Assembly: GCA_963700155.1 (NCBI GenBank)
Contig: OY969472.1
Location: forward strand, 132,058-174,270
Source: an uncultured bacterium
Lineage (GTDB): Bacteria > Patescibacteriota > Dojkabacteria > J137
Direction of reading: 5' to 3'
DNA: 42,213 nt
Part shown: one piece after another, positions 1 to 7,918 of the stretch
Numbering within the stretch: the stretch's first letter is position 1
How the letters are laid out: every line of letters starts with the position of its first letter
Notes under the pieces: model-generated
Database searches by the model: none
The model's input: the letters and a program-made list of their open reading frames with translations, nothing else
Told to the model about the DNA's origin: nothing
Position numbers and translations under genes: made by a program

Positions 1-14
1 TGCAGCTTTTAATC

Positions 15-893
15 GTGATTCCATCTTTATTAATTACTTTAACAAATGGTGCTGCACAAAATAATTATTTGAATACAAATAATTACATGATGGGATATAA
101 CATGGGGTACAACTATAGTTATAATGCTTATAACACAAGTAATAGCGTGTTTTCATTACTATTCCTATGTATTTTCTGCTTCAGTTTTATACCATACATT
201 GTAGTAAATCTATGGTACATGTATGAAAACACGCAAGCAGGAATTCAAAATCGGGAAACTAAACCCATTTGGAAAAATAATTTAACAGATACTTTAAAAA
301 AATCAGGGAAATACTTTTTAGTTAGTCTTTTTTATGGGTTTATTGCTCTAATAGTAATTCTTTTGCTTTTAGGGATATTCTGTGTTGGGATGGTTGCACT
401 TACTGCAGTTGGATATTCAAGTCTTCAAGCATCAAGCTTACAAAATAATATTGCATTCTTTTTAACTTCAGGAGTAGGAATAGCGCTTTTATGTTCATTA
501 CTTTTTGTAGGAATAGCTTTGTATGTAATATTCTATTTAGCTTTTACTCCAGCAGTACTACGATTGATTGGAAGCAATACATTTGCTGAAGGTTTAAAAG
601 TCCGCGAATCATGGAGAATTGGTTGGAAATATAAATGGAGATTCATTTATCTATTATGTCTTATGTTTATATTTGCATTTATTTTTGGAATATTTAGTGC
701 ATTAGGTGGAGTTGTAACAGATTTTTTAGGTCAAGGTTCCACTTTATTAAATTTCATTTTCCAGACTCTTTATCAAATTGTTGTAGCAGCAATAACTACG
801 TACTTTGCTTATTTTGTTTATACAAGACTGATAGGTCAATTATTTAGAAATATTGTTCAGGATGAAGAAAGTCTTAAATTTATAAAACTTTAA
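15..893 (+). CDS. hypothetical multi-pass membrane protein with N/Y-rich N-terminal low-complexity segment
   Basis: Long ORF. The frame stays open back to the left window edge, so the true start may be upstream or at an internal ATG (MMGYN...). Several 20-25 aa hydrophobic helices. No catalytic motif recognised. Confidence 0.55.
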   Translation: MIPSLLITLTNGAAQNNYLNTNNYMMGYNMGYNYSYNAYNTSNSVFSLLFLCIFCFSFIPYIVVNLWYMYENTQAGIQNRETKPIWKNNLTDTLKKSGKYFLVSLFYGFIALIVILLLLGIFCVGMVALTAVGYSSLQASSLQNNIAFFLTSGVGIALLCSLLFVGIALYVIFYLAFTPAVLRLIGSNTFAEGLKVRESWRIGWKYKWRFIYLLCLMFIFAFIFGIFSALGGVVTDFLGQGSTLLNFIFQTLYQIVVAAITTYFAYFVYTRLIGQLFRNIVQDEESLKFIKL

Positions 894-1420
894 GATTCAC
901 CTAGAAAAGCAATTAGATCATTCATGTAGATTTTTAGCATATTAATTAGTTCTTCATTTTGAGAGCCATTTATTATATCCTCCGAAGTTGCTCTATTACC
1001 TTCTAAATCTGGCATTTGTTGTTTTAAACGTTTCGACTTACGAACTTTTTCAGAAATCTTTATAAAAGCTTTAATCCGTTTTACAGCCCTTTTAATAATT
1101 GATCTATATCCTGTTCTATCATTTAAATATATGGATGTAAAAGGTGGAGCGATCATTAAGTAATCACCTAAAGTTTTATATCCTGAAGCCCAGATAAAAT
1201 CTAGAATTTCTTCGGATTTACTACTCAGCTGGCATATAATAATTAACTCATCTTTAGTAAAAACTGTATCAATAATTTTATTACCTCTACTAGCAGATCT
1301 AATGATTTGACCTTCTTGTGAAATATATACCTTCCCTAATTGACTTACATATACACTTTCGCAATTATTTATATTATTTGTCATAATTATTTTGTAAAAA
1401 CTAATTTTAAATATTAGCAT
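890..1420 (-). CDS. hypothetical protein
   Basis: 176-aa ORF, soluble-looking, basic helix-rich C-terminal half. The likely real start is the internal Met (MTNNINN, about nt 1384). No motif recognised. Confidence 0.45.
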   Translation of the reverse strand: MLIFKISFYKIIMTNNINNCESVYVSQLGKVYISQEGQIIRSASRGNKIIDTVFTKDELIIICQLSSKSEEILDFIWASGYKTLGDYLMIAPPFTSIYLNDRTGYRSIIKRAVKRIKAFIKISEKVRKSKRLKQQMPDLEGNRATSEDIINGSQNEELINMLKIYMNDLIAFLGES

Positions 1421-1426
1421 AAGAGA

Positions 1427-1963
1427 ATGAATAAGAATTTGGGGATATTATCTTTTATAGTTGTAACAGTTGGTATTATCATTTGTTTCTTAGTTGATTC
1501 TTCGATTCTAGATAAACAAAATTATGTTTTCAGCGAATTTGGAGTAATGAAAAAAACTTCTTTGATTTTTAATCTCACTCTGATTATCGGAGGGTTTATC
1601 AATCTACTTTACTCTGAATATTTAAGGAAAAATCTAAAATTAAAAATTAGTAATTATATTTCAATTTTATTATATATTTCCTCTATTTCGCTTATTGGAG
1701 TTGGATTGATCCCTTTCAATTTAAATGGAGTAATTCATTATATTCTTGCAGGAGTTCTATTTTTTATTATGCCATTAGCTTACTTCTTTGTTGGAAGAAT
1801 TCTAAAGGATAAAACTATTCAAATATTATGTTTACTGAATATTATCTTAGTATTAATAAGTTTCAATTTTATAAAGCCAGATATTGTCTCAGAGGTAATA
1901 TTCGCACTATTTATACTAATTACATTAGTATTTCTTTGGATAAAAGCTTTAGAAACTAACTAG
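1427..1963 (+). CDS. hypothetical integral membrane protein (about 6 TM)
   Basis: 178-aa ORF made almost entirely of hydrophobic helices. Confidence 0.6.
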   Translation: MNKNLGILSFIVVTVGIIICFLVDSSILDKQNYVFSEFGVMKKTSLIFNLTLIIGGFINLLYSEYLRKNLKLKISNYISILLYISSISLIGVGLIPFNLNGVIHYILAGVLFFIMPLAYFFVGRILKDKTIQILCLLNIILVLISFNFIKPDIVSEVIFALFILITLVFLWIKALETN

Positions 1964-1975
1964 TAAATAATGTTA

Positions 1976-2275
1976 TTAAGCTTCTTTATTGTCAATTTGT
2001 TTTAATCGTATACTAAACTTACCTTCTTTATCAGCTTCAACAATTACCATTGTATTACCTGTAATTGCATAGTAAACAATTTCACCACCAGTTTTTCTAA
2101 ACGGCTTTAAAGATAGCATACCTCCCATAAGAGATAAAGATATGGGAGTATTATCACCATATTTAAACCTGATCTCAGCATCTAACCACTTCTCAGGTCC
2201 TTCTGGTATTGAAGCACTGGCTGCAGATTCTGCATACGCCCTTTCTTCAATTTCATCATAATAATTTGTACTCAT
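1976..2275 (-). CDS. hypothetical small protein
   Basis: 99-aa ORF with native AT-rich composition. No motif recognised. Confidence 0.45.
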   Translation of the reverse strand: MSTNYYDEIEERAYAESAASASIPEGPEKWLDAEIRFKYGDNTPISLSLMGGMLSLKPFRKTGGEIVYYAITGNTMVIVEADKEGKFSIRLKQIDNKEA

Positions 2276-2405
2276 TTAATTTTTATAACTAATTACTGAT
2301 GAATTTTACTACAATCATCAACAGTTGGAAACACTTTTTAAATTATCTATAAAATCTTATTATGATCCTATCTTCCTATAAACACTTAAATAGATTAAAA
2401 AGTAA

Positions 2406-2414
2406 TGATATAAT
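2406..2414 (+). promoter_or_regulatory. extended -10 promoter (TGATATAAT) for tRNA-Gln
   Basis: Perfect TGnTATAAT match 17 nt upstream of the tRNA 5' end. Confidence 0.5.
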
Positions 2415-2430
2415 TATACGCCTTTATTGC

Positions 2431-2501
2431 TGCCGGTTCGTCTAATGGTAGGACAGCGGCCTTTGGAGCCGCTAATTAGGGTTCGAGTCCCCGACCGGCA
2501 A
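2431..2501 (+). tRNA. tRNA-Gln (anticodon UUG)
   Basis: Hand-folded cloverleaf. Acceptor TGCCGGT/ACCGGCA. D arm GTCT-AATGGTA-GGAC. Anticodon stem GCGGC/GCCGC with loop CTTTGGA. T loop TTCGAGT, with one A-C mismatch in the T stem. No encoded CCA. Confidence 0.85.
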
Positions 2502-2563
2502 ATTTTTATACCTTCTAAAGTCTTTTCATAACATACTCAACTATACTTAAAGTAGTATTTTTA

Positions 2564-2572
2564 TGGTATAAT
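2564..2572 (+). promoter_or_regulatory. extended -10 promoter (TGGTATAAT) of the sortase operon; implies a leaderless or near-leaderless mRNA
   Basis: TGnTATAAT ends 8 nt before the ATG at 2581. No Shine-Dalgarno sequence in between. Confidence 0.5.
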
Positions 2573-2580
2573 GGGTATAT

Positions 2581-3213
2581 ATGAAAAATGCGTTAAATAC
2601 TTTTGCAAACATAAATATTTATATAGGTATAGCTTTACTTGTTATACCTGTCATTTTCCTTTTATTTACAGGTGTTAATAATAACAGCTATACAACTGTA
2701 TCTGCAAATAATACAAATCAAGAAATACTTTCAGAAGAAGTTATTGATCCAAGCTATAAAGCCGATTCTACAAGGATTTCAACAACTGAACAAATACTTG
2801 TTCCAACAAAGAATGCTGTAACATATGGAAATAAAATCCAAGTTAAGTCTGTTGGGATAGATGCTTTAATTTATGAATGTGCAACTTCTGTTTGTGGTTT
2901 AACTAAAGGAGTTTGGAGACTTCCTGATTTTGGTACTCCGATAAATGATAATTCGCCAATTGTTTTAGCTGCCCACAGGTGGGGTCCAGATAATTTATCT
3001 ACAGCCGATAGGATAAAAAATCTTTTCTATAATGCTGACAAGATATTTGAAGGTGACATGATTGAATTAACTTGGAATAATAAGGTATATAAATACAAAG
3101 TTACATATAAAGAAGAAAACAGTTATATTACAAAAAATTCAGATTTAATACTGGTTACTTGTAAATATTACAATTCAGATATAAGAATTATTGTGTACGC
3201 AAAGAAAATTTAA
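2581..3213 (+). CDS. sortase family transpeptidase (membrane-anchored)
   Basis: N-terminal TM anchor (INIYIGIALLVIPVIFLLF). His context VLAAHRWG. Catalytic Cys in LILVTCKYY (TLxTC-like). Downstream Arg in IRIIVYAKK. Size about 210 aa. Confidence 0.8.
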   Translation: MKNALNTFANINIYIGIALLVIPVIFLLFTGVNNNSYTTVSANNTNQEILSEEVIDPSYKADSTRISTTEQILVPTKNAVTYGNKIQVKSVGIDALIYECATSVCGLTKGVWRLPDFGTPINDNSPIVLAAHRWGPDNLSTADRIKNLFYNADKIFEGDMIELTWNNKVYKYKVTYKEENSYITKNSDLILVTCKYYNSDIRIIVYAKKI

Positions 3214-3237
3214 TTAAAATATTATTTTAAATATAAA

Positions 3238-4263
3238 ATGAGTTTTTTAGGAAAAGCAAGAAATGTAGCTATAGGAGCAGCAGCTTTAGCAACTGTAGGC
3301 CTAAATTTTGATCGAAATCAAAGAGTCGAGAATATTAAAGATTTTGAAAAGAAAATTACAGATTTAAATTTGGATTTTTACAAATTTCAATCAGACAATT
3401 TTGATTCAAGAATGTATTTTTCAAGATCTGTATATACTGATATAGTTACTGCCTTAAGTTTTGCTGAAGGTGATAAATTACCCTACATTCAATTAAGTGG
3501 TGACGATGAGATACCGACCCATTCTCAGGAAGCATATTCCCAGTATCAGTACACGCATCCGTTTGGACCATCCTATCAACTTAACCAAGAACGAATTATT
3601 TCAACTTATAAACTCATTCTAGATCAACTAGATGGAACCAAAAATTTATTAAAGCACTTTGAACAAACTAACATTATACCAGAAGATGCTAATACTTGGG
3701 GTTGGATTGTAGATTCACTTGATTTTTCACTCAATTACTTAAGTCAAGCCAACACTTATCTAACAGATGCAATAAATGGGAATAGGCTCCTTACAAGAGA
3801 TGAGTTACTTAATTTAAAAGAAGCACTCTATGAAGTACACAGGGGGATGGAATCTTTTCATAATTTTTTCCAAGATGCAATAGATAAAGTAACAAATGAA
3901 AGAACAGGTCAAATCATATCAGCAATATCATTTGCAGTAACATTATTTCTGAGTGGTTATCTTATGAAATTTATTAGAAGAAATAAAGATGAGCCTGAAA
4001 TTGAAGGTGAAAAACCAAAGAGAGTTGATGCCAACTACCCTATTCCCTTATTAACTAATGAAGGCGAAGTTGTATATGTTAGGTTAATACATAAAACCGA
4101 TAATGAGCTTTATTTTCAGACACCAGATATGAAGGTTATTATTCAACCAATTGATGATGAAACTGAAGTAAAGAGGAAAATGATTCCTGATAGTGCTGAG
4201 TCAGATGAATTAGATTTAGGCTATTTTCATGAAGAGAGAGATCAAGCTAAATTTGAAGGCTAA
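3238..4263 (+). CDS. uncharacterised two-TM membrane protein, paralogue 1 of 3
   Basis: Shares with the next two ORFs an N-terminal GKARNVAIGAAALATVGL segment, GD(K/E)LP(Y/F)I, NxNRLLTRxEL, a second TM (ISAISFAVTLFLSGYLM) and a C-terminal EKPKR...PIPLLT.EGE.VYVR...PIDDE.EVKRK domain. Confidence 0.75.
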   Translation: MSFLGKARNVAIGAAALATVGLNFDRNQRVENIKDFEKKITDLNLDFYKFQSDNFDSRMYFSRSVYTDIVTALSFAEGDKLPYIQLSGDDEIPTHSQEAYSQYQYTHPFGPSYQLNQERIISTYKLILDQLDGTKNLLKHFEQTNIIPEDANTWGWIVDSLDFSLNYLSQANTYLTDAINGNRLLTRDELLNLKEALYEVHRGMESFHNFFQDAIDKVTNERTGQIISAISFAVTLFLSGYLMKFIRRNKDEPEIEGEKPKRVDANYPIPLLTNEGEVVYVRLIHKTDNELYFQTPDMKVIIQPIDDETEVKRKMIPDSAESDELDLGYFHEERDQAKFEG

Positions 4264-4279
4264 ATTTTAGATTTTAAAT

Positions 4280-4338
4280 AAACTTATGAAAAATATATTA
4301 GGAAAAGCAAGAAATGTAGCTATTGCAGCCGGTGCTGC
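4280..4338 (+). repeat. conserved 59-nt 5' block (copy A) shared by paralogues 2 and 3
   Basis: 4280-4338 versus 5335-5393 differ at only 2 positions (4308 c/t, 4322 a/g). The rest of the two genes is strongly diverged. 26 nt (4298-4323) are also identical to 3247-3272 in paralogue 1. Confidence 0.85.
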
Positions 4339-5317
4339 AGCTACAGTTGGATTGGGATATAAATATATGAAAGATACAAACTCTTTATTAGAAACTGAAA
4401 ATTCAATTCATGTATTTGAATCAGATTTATACAAAGACACAAATCTAAAGCAATATATATTTACTGCAGCAGAACAAGATATAGATTTTAGTGAAATCAC
4501 AACTAATGACATTGCACTCCAATATGCCCAAGGGGATGAACTTCCTTTCATAGAAGCAACTAATCAATCAATAGCGTACCAACTTACTGAGAAACAGATA
4601 ATTAACACTTATCCTTACATTCTGATTAGATTTGAGAGTTTCTTTAAAAACTTTGCAGATATTTTCATGAGAATGGGCTTTGAAATGAACAATACTGAAG
4701 CACATGATTTCGTAGTTCCTAATGATTCTAGGGAATTAGGTAATCTAATAGCGAATGGTGTTAATCAAGTCTCACCAGTATATTATACAACCATAAAAAG
4801 AATAATCAATAATGCAATAAATGAAAATAGATTATTAACAAGAACTGAGCTTGATTTAATTAATAAAGAGCTTGCTGTAATACATCATTTTACTCAGTAT
4901 GTTATTAATACTCTAAATCAAATATTAATAAATACTCAAGACGAAGATTCTACTGCTATTATAATTGCAGCTATAACATCATTAACCTTGCTTCTTACAA
5001 AATTTTTTATCAAATCAAGTAATAATAATGAAGAAACAGGGGGAAATGAAGATACTGAAGACGAGAAACCAAAAAGAGATGATGTTAAATTTCCTATTCC
5101 TTTGCTAACTACTGAGTCTGAAATAGTTTATGTCCGAGAATTAACTAGAGATGACAAAGCTATTTATTATCAAGGATCGGATTTAAAAATTCATATAGTA
5201 CCCATTGATGATGAAGTTGAAATTAAAAGAAAATTAACTGAAGAAGATGATCTCCCATATGACCAAAATTATGATTATTATACTGATAATTCTATACAGG
5301 CTAATTTAGAAGCTTAA
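4286..5317 (+). CDS. uncharacterised two-TM membrane protein, paralogue 2 of 3
   Basis: Same architecture and motifs as 3238-4263. Confidence 0.75.
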   Translation: MKNILGKARNVAIAAGAAATVGLGYKYMKDTNSLLETENSIHVFESDLYKDTNLKQYIFTAAEQDIDFSEITTNDIALQYAQGDELPFIEATNQSIAYQLTEKQIINTYPYILIRFESFFKNFADIFMRMGFEMNNTEAHDFVVPNDSRELGNLIANGVNQVSPVYYTTIKRIINNAINENRLLTRTELDLINKELAVIHHFTQYVINTLNQILINTQDEDSTAIIIAAITSLTLLLTKFFIKSSNNNEETGGNEDTEDEKPKRDDVKFPIPLLTTESEIVYVRELTRDDKAIYYQGSDLKIHIVPIDDEVEIKRKLTEEDDLPYDQNYDYYTDNSIQANLEA

Positions 5318-5334
5318 TTTAAATTTTAAAATAT

Positions 5335-5393
5335 AAACTTATGAAAAATATATTAGGAAAAGTAAGAAATGTAGCTGTTGCAGCCGGTGCTGC
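5335..5393 (+). repeat. conserved 59-nt 5' block (copy B)
   Basis: See copy A. Confidence 0.85.
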
Positions 5394-6300
5394 TACCGCT
5401 ATTGGCATGGAAGTACAAAATTTACAAAAAGTATCAGATCTAGAAGATGTTAGAGACAGAATTGCCAATGTTGGACTAATGCAATTATTTCAAGATAGAA
5501 CTGATTACTTTGATGACCAGAACTTCTATGCAGTTGATATAGCTCTAAACTATTACAATGAAGGGGAATTGCCATATATAAATGATCATTATGGTCAAGT
5601 CGACCAGCAGTTCACTATAGAAGATATTATAAATGCCTATAAAATTATAGATACGAGAATAGTTGATATAACTAATACTTTAGTTAAAATTTTTAATCCA
5701 ATGGAATCAGAATGGTTAAAAATTTATTGGAACAATAATTTTTTATTCGGTAGAGAAGATTATAGAGGTACACCAATAGGTATTCGTGAAATCACTTATC
5801 AATTTCAAACTATTAGAGAAAGTTTGCAGAAAGCAATTTCAGAAGATAGATTGTTAAGTGAATCAGAGTTAAGAACTATAAGAAATCAATTAGCCAAACA
5901 AAATATACTATTCGCTAGAGCTGTAGAGAATTTAGATAAGTATATAAAGGAAAATCCAGCTCACCAAGATGTAGATATATTAAAATTTGCACTTGCTTCA
6001 CTGACATTACTATTATCAAAGTATGCATTTCTTTTAAGAAAAAAAGTAAACGAAAAACTGAAGAACCGACAGATAAAAGGTATAAAGACGAAAGTACTTA
6101 ATACTGAAGGCGAAATGGTCGATGCTCATTTAATAAAAATTGAAGGAGATAATTTTTACTTTATGACTGATGATGGAGATTTAGTTATTGAGAAAAGAAA
6201 AATGCAAATGGCTCAATTAGCTGAAGAAGAAATTCCTGCTGAGAATATGGAAGAAAGTCCAATAATTAATGAGATGGAACAAGGGACATTAGAATCTTAA
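5341..6300 (+). CDS. uncharacterised two-TM membrane protein, paralogue 3 of 3 (most divergent)
   Basis: Same N-terminal segment, EDRLLSESEL motif and second TM (ILKFALASLTLLLSKYAFLL). The C-terminal domain is divergent (VLNTEGEMVDAHLIKIEGDNFYF). Confidence 0.7.
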   Translation: MKNILGKVRNVAVAAGAATAIGMEVQNLQKVSDLEDVRDRIANVGLMQLFQDRTDYFDDQNFYAVDIALNYYNEGELPYINDHYGQVDQQFTIEDIINAYKIIDTRIVDITNTLVKIFNPMESEWLKIYWNNNFLFGREDYRGTPIGIREITYQFQTIRESLQKAISEDRLLSESELRTIRNQLAKQNILFARAVENLDKYIKENPAHQDVDILKFALASLTLLLSKYAFLLRKKVNEKLKNRQIKGIKTKVLNTEGEMVDAHLIKIEGDNFYFMTDDGDLVIEKRKMQMAQLAEEEIPAENMEESPIINEMEQGTLES

Positions 6301-6326
6301 TATACCTTGATAGTATACGAGATTAA

Positions 6327-6335
6327 TGATATAAT
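6327..6335 (+). promoter_or_regulatory. extended -10 promoter (TGATATAAT) for the 82-aa ORF
   Basis: Perfect TGnTATAAT 28 nt upstream of the ATG at 6364. Confidence 0.5.
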
Positions 6336-6363
6336 AGTAATATATTAATTTAATATTATAAAA

Positions 6364-6612
6364 ATGTTAAAGAAATTAATAAAACAAACTATCGGATACT
6401 CCTTACTTTTTGGAGTAGTTTCTTTAGTTAGTCCAGTTGCAGTAGCAGCTAGTGACGCAACAAAAATAAACCTTTATGGAATTAATACTGGTATTATTCC
6501 AACAGAAGCAGCAATTACAGATGTTGAAGTTGTAGCAATTGTTGCAAGTATAGTAGTTGGAGGTATATTAATTGCAAACGGTAAATTATTAAAAAGAGTT
6601 TTAAAGAAATAA
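6364..6612 (+). CDS. small exported protein with a sorting-signal-like C-terminus (IPTEA motif + TM + basic tail); candidate sortase substrate
   Basis: Signal peptide MLKKLIKQTIGYSLLFGVVSLVSPVAVAA|SD. Then GIIPTEAA, a hydrophobic stretch VEVVAIVASIVVGGILIA and the basic tail KLLKRVLKK. Has its own promoter and a strong terminator. Confidence 0.6.
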   Translation: MLKKLIKQTIGYSLLFGVVSLVSPVAVAASDATKINLYGINTGIIPTEAAITDVEVVAIVASIVVGGILIANGKLLKRVLKK

Positions 6613-6630
6613 TTAATAGTATAGATTTTG

Positions 6631-6676
6631 AAAGGCGGGTGATTTATTATAAATAAATCACCCGCCTTTATTATTT
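6631..6676 (+). terminator. rho-independent terminator
   Basis: 17-bp perfect stem AAAGGCGGGTGATTTAT / ATAAATCACCCGCCTTT (6631-6647 / 6653-6669) followed by a T-rich tail. Confidence 0.8.
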
Positions 6677-6713
6677 AATAAATTCAGGTATAGATACTAA
6701 TTAAATATTCTAA

Positions 6714-7916
6714 ATGAAACAAAAAGCTGTAACTTTTATCCCAGGAATTTCTCGAGTAATCTCCAATATTACCCCTATATTGATTCTTTTCGTCTTTACA
6801 AAATTTGAAGATGCAACAGAAATTGGAGCTTTAAATTACTTTATATCATTAATAGTATTAATCGGAATATTTACAGATTTTGGACTTACTGAATCAATAC
6901 AAAGGTTTCTTTCACACTATGATTCGAAAAAATTAATATTCCCAACTATTGCCCTTGAGTTTATTTTAACGATAGTCGGAGGGTTAATATTTGTTGCAGC
7001 AGACTTGATTTCAAAAGGACAGTTAAGCTACAACCACACTTTAGTCTTGTTCTTTATATTAATATTTTCTGCAAGTAATGTAATAATTCTGGTATTTAAT
7101 GGGCTGCAGGATAACTTAAGAACAAGTCAGTATTTTCTTGGTGCCGCAATATTATTTATATTGACAACCTTTATTCTCTATTTTACCGGAACAAATGCAG
7201 TAGATTCATTTTTATATGGGAGGTTAGTATCATGGATAGTATTCACTTTTCTCCCAATTCTTGATCTTTATAAAAAACAATTTTTTGAGTTTAGTATAAA
7301 ACTTCCTAAAAGATTTGTGACATTTGCTGTGAACAACTTTATGATTATTTTTTCATATAGTGTTTATAATCAATGGGATTCAATATTAATAACAAAAACA
7401 CTTGGTGAATATCAAAATGGTATCTATAAGCCTATAGCACTTTTGGCTAGTGCTCCATATGTCATAAGTGTAGCATTGAATACTAAACTCCTACCTGAAT
7501 ATAGTAAGTTACATAAAGAGGATAAAATAAAAGAGATCAGAAAAAGTTTTCTATATTTTACAAAACTTCTATTTGCAGGAAGTACTATTTTAGTTTTAAT
7601 TAGTATTCCATTAGCGAAGTTAGGACTATCAATAGTTTATAACAATGAAATAGCAGAAAATGGATATTTTTATTTTAGTCCAATTCTATTGGCTATATTG
7701 ATTTACGTATGTGCTATCCCAGCAGTTTCAATGCTTCAAGCCATCGGAAGAGAACATGTAATTAGGAACGCAGCTTTGATTCAAAGTATTGGATTTGTTG
7801 TCCTTTCTACTCTACTGTTACCTCAATTCGGGTTGATAATATTACCTTTAATTTTAATCGGAATAAATATAATCTTCTTTGCAGTAAATTTTGTTAATGC
7901 ATTTAAGGTTAAATAA
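6714..7916 (+). CDS. polysaccharide/oligosaccharide flippase (MOP/Wzx-like) membrane protein
   Basis: 400 aa with about 12 predicted TM helices. Sits next to glycosyltransferase genes. Call is based on topology and context, not on a strict motif. Confidence 0.55.
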   Translation: MKQKAVTFIPGISRVISNITPILILFVFTKFEDATEIGALNYFISLIVLIGIFTDFGLTESIQRFLSHYDSKKLIFPTIALEFILTIVGGLIFVAADLISKGQLSYNHTLVLFFILIFSASNVIILVFNGLQDNLRTSQYFLGAAILFILTTFILYFTGTNAVDSFLYGRLVSWIVFTFLPILDLYKKQFFEFSIKLPKRFVTFAVNNFMIIFSYSVYNQWDSILITKTLGEYQNGIYKPIALLASAPYVISVALNTKLLPEYSKLHKEDKIKEIRKSFLYFTKLLFAGSTILVLISIPLAKLGLSIVYNNEIAENGYFYFSPILLAILIYVCAIPAVSMLQAIGREHVIRNAALIQSIGFVVLSTLLLPQFGLIILPLILIGINIIFFAVNFVNAFKVK

Positions 7917-7918
7917 TC

